Shown piece by piece: positions 57,798 to 64,000 of a stretch of 64,000 nucleotides of DNA. The notes beneath the pieces are model-generated. The model did not search any database and was not told the DNA's origin. It saw nothing but the letters and a program-made list of their open reading frames with translations. The stretch's first letter is position 1. Each line of letters opens with the position of its first letter. The position numbers were made by a program, and so were the translations under genes. The stretch is from NCBI RefSeq assembly GCF_988243305.1, contig NZ_OZ547136.1. One strand, 5' to 3'.

Positions 57798-60700
57798 TTA
57801 TTTCACTGCAAACATACTTTCCAGTTTGCTGTAGCCCAGGCCGTTGATCTTTTTCACTTTGATCTGCACCGGAATACGCTCTTTCATCGCTTCTACGTGG
57901 CTAATCACACCGATGGTTTTGCCGCTGGCGTTCAGGGCATCCAGCGCATCAAGGGCGGTATCCAGCGTTTCGCTATCCAGCGTGCCAAAACCTTCATCAA
58001 GGAACAGCGAGTCAATACGCGTTTTATGGCTGACCAGATCTGAAAGCGCCAGTGCCAGCGCCAGACTGACGAGGAAACTTTCGCCGCCAGAAAGGGTACG
58101 GGTGTCGCGTACCGCATCTGCCTGCCAGGTATCAACAACCTCGACTTCCAGCGCCTCGCTGGCTTTGCGCTGTAACAGATAGCGCCCGTGCAGCCGGGTA
58201 AGTTGCTGATTAGCGAGATGGACTAAATTATCCAGCGTCAGCCCCTGGGCAAACTTGCGGAATTTATCGCCCTCTTTGGAACCTATTAGCGAATTCAGAT
58301 ATCCCCAGTCCTCAACCTGCTGCGTCATTTGAGCAATTTGCTGCATTAAGATTTGTTGTTGCTGACGGTTGTCTGCATCCTGCTTCAGCTGCTGGCGAAT
58401 CTCGCCCTGACTGGTGGTGTTTTCACGCAACTTTTGCTGAGTTTGCGCTAACTCTTGCTGAATCTGCTCCACCGTCACAGTGAGAGCCAACCCGTCAGGT
58501 CGGTGTTGCTGATGCTGTGCCAGCGTTTCAACTGTCTGAGTGACCAGCGTTTGCGCCTGACGGCGCTGGTTCTCCAGATTCTGCTTGAGCTGTTCCAGTT
58601 GGGTTAGTGTTTGTTCATCCATTAGCGCCGCAAGGAACGCCTGTTGATCGTCAAAGACACTGGCCTGTAGCGCGGTGTCAAACTGCGCCTGGGCTTTTTG
58701 CAGACTTTGCGCCGCCAGAACGTCCTGTTGCTGTAACGTCTGTTGCTGGCTGTGTAGTGCGAGACATTGTTCATGTACCTGCCGCCAGTTTTCCAGTACC
58801 ACAGTTTCTTCGCAGTGCGGGAGTTCATCACTTTGCGGCAACGTTTCCAGAATCGGCGTCAGTTGCTGCATACGGTTTTGCAGCGCGGTTAATTCGTTCT
58901 GGCGTTGCTGCCAGCTCTGCGCTTCTTGCTGACGCGTCGCCAACCAGCTCTCTTCATCATCTTCCTGTGGCAATGTCAGTGCATAACCCGCCAATGCCGT
59001 TAAGAGCTGCTGCTGGCGTTGTTCAATTTGCTGTTGATAATGGATAATTTGCTGATTATGCGCGGCAATCTGCCCTTGTAATTCATGCCGTTGGCTGAGT
59101 AACCGCAGCTGGCGTTCGTGCTCATCTTGTGCATCCAGCCACGGTTGAATATCGTCCTGTGGCTGCAAGGTGATATTGAGGCTGGCCGTGACGGCTTGCC
59201 ATTGTTGAGTAAGTGCTTGCTCATCTTGTCGGAGGCTTTGCGCTTCGTTTTCATCACGCTGAAGTTGCTTTGTTAAGGCGTCCAGTTGCCCACGTAGCGT
59301 CGCACCTTCTTCACCGAGCTTTTTAACTTCGTTTTCCAGCGCCAGTAATCGAGACTGATTAACGCCAGGCTCCAGCGCCTGATACGCCTCGACCGCCGGG
59401 TGGCTGGTGGAACCACAAAGTGGACAAGGCTGACCCGCCTGTAACTGTGCACGTTGAGCTTCCAGCGTTTTGATGCGCGCTTCCTGCTCGCAAATGGTTT
59501 TCACATCGGCAAGTTGCTGCGTCTTTTCTTTATAACGCTGGCGCATTTCGTTAAGTGCGGCGTTACGTTGCGTCTGTTCTTGCGTGACATTCTGGATAGT
59601 GACCTGTAATTGCGCCAGGCGTTTTTGTTGGGGAACAATCTGTCCATGCAGCGCGACCAGGCGCTGACGCAGTGGGCGTTGCTCAGCATGTTGCGCCAGG
59701 GCGCTAGCAACTTCATCGGCGGTTAACGTCAACGTGATCGCCGCAAGCGCATTAAGTTTTTGCTCTGCATGGGTTAACTGTTGCTGCCATTGCCGCAGAT
59801 GCTCGCGATCGCTGGTTTGTTGGGAGAACTGCGCACGCCAACCCGCCAGTTCGTTGTTCCACTGACGGAAGCGGTCGTGTTCCTGTAACCAGGCATTCAG
59901 ACTTTGTTGCTGCTGCTGTAATTCTGCTGACTGCTTCGCCGCGTGGTGGCGAATGCTCGCGCGAAGCGCCATTGTGCTCTGTAAGCGAGTATTTACTTCT
60001 TCAATCTGCTGGCGAGTATGCGCCAGCGCCGCGCTGTGTTCTGCGATGCGTTCCCAGTGCGGACGAAGATTTCGTGCCGGTTGTGCCAGACTGAGCGCCG
60101 CCAGTTGAGGTTGCGCTTTTTCTTCTACGGCTAACGCCTGTTGCAAGGCCTGTTGACGGCGGCTGGCTTCTTGCTGCAATTCGTCCAGACGCGTTAACCA
60201 GTTTAGTGATTGTTGTTCTTGCTGCTGCGCGGTAAGTAACTGTTTTTCTTCGTCAGTAAGTACCTGCAAACTCGCTGTCAGCGATTGCACTTGTTCTGGC
60301 GTGAGCAACGCGACGCCGCTGGCCTGCGCTTGCAGCTTCTCCAGCTCTGTGCGGGCTGATTTGTGCTGCTCAAAAACCATCGCCGAGATTTGCCCGTAGA
60401 TTTCAGTGCCAGTTAACTCCTCGAGCAATTCCGCGCGTTCTTTGGGTTTGGCATTCAGGAAGGCAGCAAATTGCCCCTGCGAAAGCAGCATCGAACGGGT
60501 GAAGCGCCCGTAATCCAGTCCGGTTAACGTCGCCGTCAGTTCCAGCTTATCTTTCACTTTGTCGGCGAGAATTTTGCCATCGGCGCAGCGCGCCAGCTCT
60601 ACGCGTGGCACCTGCAAATTACCGTCCGGCTGGTTACGCGCCCGATTCTGGCTCCAGAACGCGCGATACGCTTCACCTTTCACTTCAAACTCCACCTCCG

Positions 60701-60941
60701 CCAGACATTCGGCGGTATCGCGGGTCATGAGATCATTTTGCGATTGTGAAACGTTAGAGAGGCGCGGAGTTTCGTGATACAGCGCCAGACAAATGGCGTC
60801 CAGCAGGGTGGTTTTCCCCGCACCGGTTGGGCCGGTAATGGCAAACAGCCCGTTGCTGGCGAACGGCTCGCGGGTGAAATCAATCTTCCATTCGCCTTTT
60901 AATGAGTTCAGGTTTTTCAGGCGCAGGCTGAGAATTTTCAT
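57798..60941 (-). CDS. sbcC: Exonuclease SbcC (SMC-like ATPase)
   Basis: 1047-aa ORF; Walker [10 protein letters not shown], long Q-rich coiled coil with CxxC zinc hook (CPLCGS), C-terminal signature LSGGE. Confidence 0.97.
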   Translation of the reverse strand: MKILSLRLKNLNSLKGEWKIDFTREPFASNGLFAITGPTGAGKTTLLDAICLALYHETPRLSNVSQSQNDLMTRDTAECLAEVEFEVKGEAYRAFWSQNRARNQPDGNLQVPRVELARCADGKILADKVKDKLELTATLTGLDYGRFTRSMLLSQGQFAAFLNAKPKERAELLEELTGTEIYGQISAMVFEQHKSARTELEKLQAQASGVALLTPEQVQSLTASLQVLTDEEKQLLTAQQQEQQSLNWLTRLDELQQEASRRQQALQQALAVEEKAQPQLAALSLAQPARNLRPHWERIAEHSAALAHTRQQIEEVNTRLQSTMALRASIRHHAAKQSAELQQQQQSLNAWLQEHDRFRQWNNELAGWRAQFSQQTSDREHLRQWQQQLTHAEQKLNALAAITLTLTADEVASALAQHAEQRPLRQRLVALHGQIVPQQKRLAQLQVTIQNVTQEQTQRNAALNEMRQRYKEKTQQLADVKTICEQEARIKTLEAQRAQLQAGQPCPLCGSTSHPAVEAYQALEPGVNQSRLLALENEVKKLGEEGATLRGQLDALTKQLQRDENEAQSLRQDEQALTQQWQAVTASLNITLQPQDDIQPWLDAQDEHERQLRLLSQRHELQGQIAAHNQQIIHYQQQIEQRQQQLLTALAGYALTLPQEDDEESWLATRQQEAQSWQQRQNELTALQNRMQQLTPILETLPQSDELPHCEETVVLENWRQVHEQCLALHSQQQTLQQQDVLAAQSLQKAQAQFDTALQASVFDDQQAFLAALMDEQTLTQLEQLKQNLENQRRQAQTLVTQTVETLAQHQQHRPDGLALTVTVEQIQQELAQTQQKLRENTTSQGEIRQQLKQDADNRQQQQILMQQIAQMTQQVEDWGYLNSLIGSKEGDKFRKFAQGLTLDNLVHLANQQLTRLHGRYLLQRKASEALEVEVVDTWQADAVRDTRTLSGGESFLVSLALALALSDLVSHKTRIDSLFLDEGFGTLDSETLDTALDALDALNASGKTIGVISHVEAMKERIPVQIKVKKINGLGYSKLESMFAVK

Positions 60942-62140
60942 ACTTCGTGTTCTCCGGCGAGGGTATGCAACGTCGTGGTGAAAAGATACTGCAGACGTTG
61001 CTGCTGCGATTCATCCAGTTCTTCCAGTGCCAGACGGCGATTGAACACCTCTTCGACGCTGAGTTCGCTGAGGGTTTCACGCTGTTGGCTGGCTAACACA
61101 CGCTCGCGCTGTTCACGACTCCGGCGTACCAGCAATACTTCGACAGGCAATGATTCGGTTAATGCCTGGATTTTGCGCTGAATATCATGCAGATACTCAT
61201 CAGTAGTGATTTCGATATCCAGCCAGACAGGTGGCTCCTGTGATACATCGCGCCACTGTTCCAGCTGTTCGGTAATCGACGCCAGATCGCCTTTCAGCAC
61301 CGCCATGGGTTGCGTTACCGGTACGTTCAGGTTTTCCACGCTCTCTAATTTGCCGTTTGAAAATGTCACCAGATGGACATATTTACGCTTACCGCATTCA
61401 TCAAAACTCAGTGGAATGGGGGAACCGCAATAGCGAACATGTTCCATGCCGCCAATAATCTGTGCGCGGTGAATATGCCCGAGCGCGATGTAGTCGGCTG
61501 GTGGAAAGTTTTGTGCCGGAAACGCGTCCAGCGTGCCAATATAGATGTCACGCACGGCATCACTTTTACTGGCACCCACAGTTGTTAAATGTCCCGTGGC
61601 GATGATGGGCAGAGGCTGATCGCCGCGCAGTTTGCAGGCATCGGCATAGTGTTGTTGATAATAATCAGTAATAGCCGCCAGCAAATGCTGCTGTTTTTCA
61701 ATACCGTTAAGCCCCGCCTGGCTGGTAATAATGTCACGTGGGCGTAAAAACGGAATGGGGCACAGCACTGCGCCTGGCGTCCCGTCGCGACGAGGCAAGA
61801 TTTGCGGCGCATGTCCGGCGCTGGCGACCACGGTAGTATTGAGGAACGCCATGATATCGCGCGATTCATTCAGCGTGGCGACCGAGTCATGGTTTCCTGC
61901 CAGTACCACCAGATGACAGCCAGTTTGCTGTAAATTGACAACAAAACGGTTGTATAACGTGCGGGCGTAACTGGGGGGCGAGCCGGTATCGAAAACATCA
62001 CCGGCAACAATAATCGCATCCACCTGATGGGTTTGTGCTGTCTCCAGCAGCCAGTCAAGAAAAGCCTGATGTTCAGCTTCGCGGCTTTTACTGTAGAAGT
62101 TCTGGCCGAGATGCCAGTCTGAGGTGTGAAGGATGCGCAT
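60938..62140 (-). CDS. sbcD: Exonuclease SbcD (Mre11-like phosphoesterase)
   Basis: ORF track 60938..62182; conserved start [12 protein letters not shown] gives 400 aa; 4-bp overlap with sbcC. Confidence 0.95.
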   Translation of the reverse strand: MRILHTSDWHLGQNFYSKSREAEHQAFLDWLLETAQTHQVDAIIVAGDVFDTGSPPSYARTLYNRFVVNLQQTGCHLVVLAGNHDSVATLNESRDIMAFLNTTVVASAGHAPQILPRRDGTPGAVLCPIPFLRPRDIITSQAGLNGIEKQQHLLAAITDYYQQHYADACKLRGDQPLPIIATGHLTTVGASKSDAVRDIYIGTLDAFPAQNFPPADYIALGHIHRAQIIGGMEHVRYCGSPIPLSFDECGKRKYVHLVTFSNGKLESVENLNVPVTQPMAVLKGDLASITEQLEQWRDVSQEPPVWLDIEITTDEYLHDIQRKIQALTESLPVEVLLVRRSREQRERVLASQQRETLSELSVEEVFNRRLALEELDESQQQRLQYLFTTTLHTLAGEHEV

Positions 62141-62248
62141 AACGGTTCCCTGGCGAAAAAGCATGGGCGCGATTATACCCAAACAGATGTGCCATTTGCT
62201 TTTTTCTGCGCCACGGAAATCAATAACCTGAAGATATGTGCGACGAGC

Positions 62249-62284
62249 TTTTCATAAATCTGTCATAAATCTGACGCATAATGA
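62249..62284. promoter_or_regulatory. Pho boxes of the phoBR promoter (TTTCATAAATCTGTCATAAATCTGACGCATAATGAC)
   Basis: Tandem CTGTCATA-type repeats 45-80 bp upstream of the phoB ATG. Confidence 0.8.
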
Positions 62285-62329
62285 CGTCGCATTAATGATC
62301 GCAACCTATTTATTACAACAGGGCAAATC

Positions 62330-63019
62330 ATGGCGAGACGTATTCTGGTCGTAGAAGATGAAGCACCAATTCGCGAAATGGTCTGCTTCGTGCTCGAACA
62401 AAATGGCTTTCAGCCGGTCGAAGCGGAAGATTATGACAGTGCTGTGAATCAACTGAATGAACCCTGGCCGGATTTAATTCTCCTTGACTGGATGTTACCT
62501 GGCGGCTCCGGTATCCAGTTCATCAAACACCTCAAGCGCGAGTCGATGACCCGGGATATTCCAGTGGTGATGTTGACCGCCAGAGGGGAAGAAGAAGATC
62601 GCGTGCGCGGCCTTGAAACCGGCGCGGATGACTATATCACCAAGCCGTTTTCGCCGAAGGAGCTGGTGGCGCGAATCAAAGCGGTAATGCGCCGTATTTC
62701 GCCGATGGCGGTGGAAGAGGTGATTGAGATGCAGGGGCTAAGCCTCGACCCGACATCTCACCGGGTGATGGCGGGCGAAGAGCCGCTGGAGATGGGGCCG
62801 ACAGAATTTAAACTGCTGCACTTTTTTATGACGCATCCTGAGCGCGTGTACAGCCGCGAGCAGCTGTTAAACCACGTCTGGGGAACCAACGTGTATGTGG
62901 AAGATCGTACAGTCGATGTCCACATTCGTCGCCTGCGTAAAGCACTGGAGCCCGGCGGGCATGACCGCATGGTGCAGACCGTGCGCGGTACAGGATATCG
63001 TTTTTCAACCCGCTTTTAA
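62330..63019 (+). CDS. phoB: Phosphate regulon response regulator
   Basis: 229-aa OmpR-family ORF. Confidence 0.97.
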
Positions 63020-63076
63020 CGCCTTGCTCATCGGACGCAGAGCAGGGCTTATGAATTCTTAACTGGAGTATCTTAC

Positions 63077-64000
63077 GTGCTGGAACGGCTGTCGTGGAAA
63101 AGGCTGGTGCTGGAGCTGCTACTTTGCTGCCTCCCGGCTTTCATCCTGGGTGCATTTTTTGGTTACCTGCCCTGGTTTTTGCTGGCATCGGTAACAGGAC
63201 TGCTTATCTGGCATTTCTGGAATTTATTGCGCCTTTCATGGTGGCTGTGGGTGGATCGTAGTATGACCCCGCCACCGGGACGTGGTAGCTGGGAGCCGCT
63301 GTTATACGGATTACACCAGATGCAGTTGCGAAATAAAAAACGCCGCCGCGAACTGGGCAATCTGATTAAACGCTTTCGTAGCGGCGCGGAGTCGCTGCCC
63401 GACGCGGTGGTGCTGACCACGGAAGAGGGCGGTATTTTCTGGTGCAACGGTCTGGCGCAACAGATTCTTGGCTTGCGCTGGCCGGAAGATAACGGGCAGA
63501 ACATCCTTAACTTGCTGCGTTACCCGGAGTTTACGCAATATCTGAAAACGCGTGATTTTTCTCGCCCGCTTAATCTGGTGCTCAACACCGGGCGGCATCT
63601 GGAAATTCGCGTCATGCCTTATACCCACAAACAGTTGCTGATGGTGGCGCGTGATGTCACGCAAATGCATCAACTGGAAGGGGCGCGGCGTAACTTTTTT
63701 GCCAACGTGAGCCATGAGTTACGTACGCCATTGACCGTGTTACAGGGTTACCTGGAGATGATGGATGAGCAACCGCTGGAAGGCGCGGTACGTGAAAAAG
63801 CGTTGCACACCATGCGCGAGCAGACCCAGCGGATGGAAGGGCTGGTGAAGCAATTGCTGACGCTGTCGAAAATAGAAGCCGCACCGACGCATTTGCTCAA
63901 TGAAAAGGTTGATGTGCCAATGATGCTGCGCGTTGTTGAGCGCGAGGCTCAGACTCTGAGTCAGAAAAAACAGACATTTACCTTTGAGATAGATAACGGC
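63077..64000 (+). CDS. phoR: Phosphate regulon sensor histidine kinase, 3'-truncated by window edge
   Basis: GTG start at 63077 ([16 protein letters not shown]...), H-box SHELRTPL at about 63707; frame open to the window end; not in the ORF track because no stop is reached. Confidence 0.9.
   Translation, partial: MLERLSWKRLVLELLLCCLPAFILGAFFGYLPWFLLASVTGLLIWHFWNLLRLSWWLWVDRSMTPPPGRGSWEPLLYGLHQMQLRNKKRRRELGNLIKRFRSGAESLPDAVVLTTEEGGIFWCNGLAQQILGLRWPEDNGQNILNLLRYPEFTQYLKTRDFSRPLNLVLNTGRHLEIRVMPYTHKQLLMVARDVTQMHQLEGARRNFFANVSHELRTPLTVLQGYLEMMDEQPLEGAVREKALHTMREQTQRMEGLVKQLLTLSKIEAAPTHLLNEKVDVPMMLRVVEREAQTLSQKKQTFTFEIDNG

Noticed and set aside
58607-59257. ORFs antisense to or out of frame within sbcC (58607..59047, 58675..58932, 59000..59257)
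   Set aside because: Embedded in the Q-rich coiled-coil coding region of sbcC; this is a frame artefact of repetitive CAG/CTG-rich sequence.

Overview
This window is an Escherichia coli chromosomal segment with the gene order of the K-12 lac region: 3' end of prpE, codBA, cynRTSX, lacAYZI, mhpRABCDFET, yaiL, frmRAB, yaiO/X/P/S, tauABCD, hemB, yaiT, yaiV, ampH, sbmA, yaiW/Y/Z, ddlA, iraP, phoA, psiF, dgcC(adrA), proC, yaiI, aroL, yaiA, aroM, ppnP, two small ORFs, rdgC, mak, araJ, sbcCD, phoB and the 5' part of phoR. Gene identities were assigned by recognising the translated ORFs and their synteny; no database search was run. The main finding is a 1279-bp IS110-family insertion sequence (IS621-like) at 1845..3123, inserted in a REP element between prpE and codB. 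Its 191-bp 5' non-coding end encodes a structured ~177-nt RNA whose loops carry sequences matching the flanking target (ATCGGGCCT vs ATCAGGCCT) and the element's own right terminus (ACAGTATC), which is the architecture of a bridge-RNA-guided recombinase. A sigma70 promoter is split across the two element ends and would be reconstituted only on circularisation. Other points: lacY carries an in-frame TGA stop after residue 305; yaiT and yaiX are uninterrupted, unlike the IS-disrupted K-12 copies as I recall them; the lac control region differs from the K-12 reference at a few positions; and several REP elements in the window carry the same ATCAGGCCTA(C/T) motif. No CRISPR array, rRNA or tRNA gene was seen.
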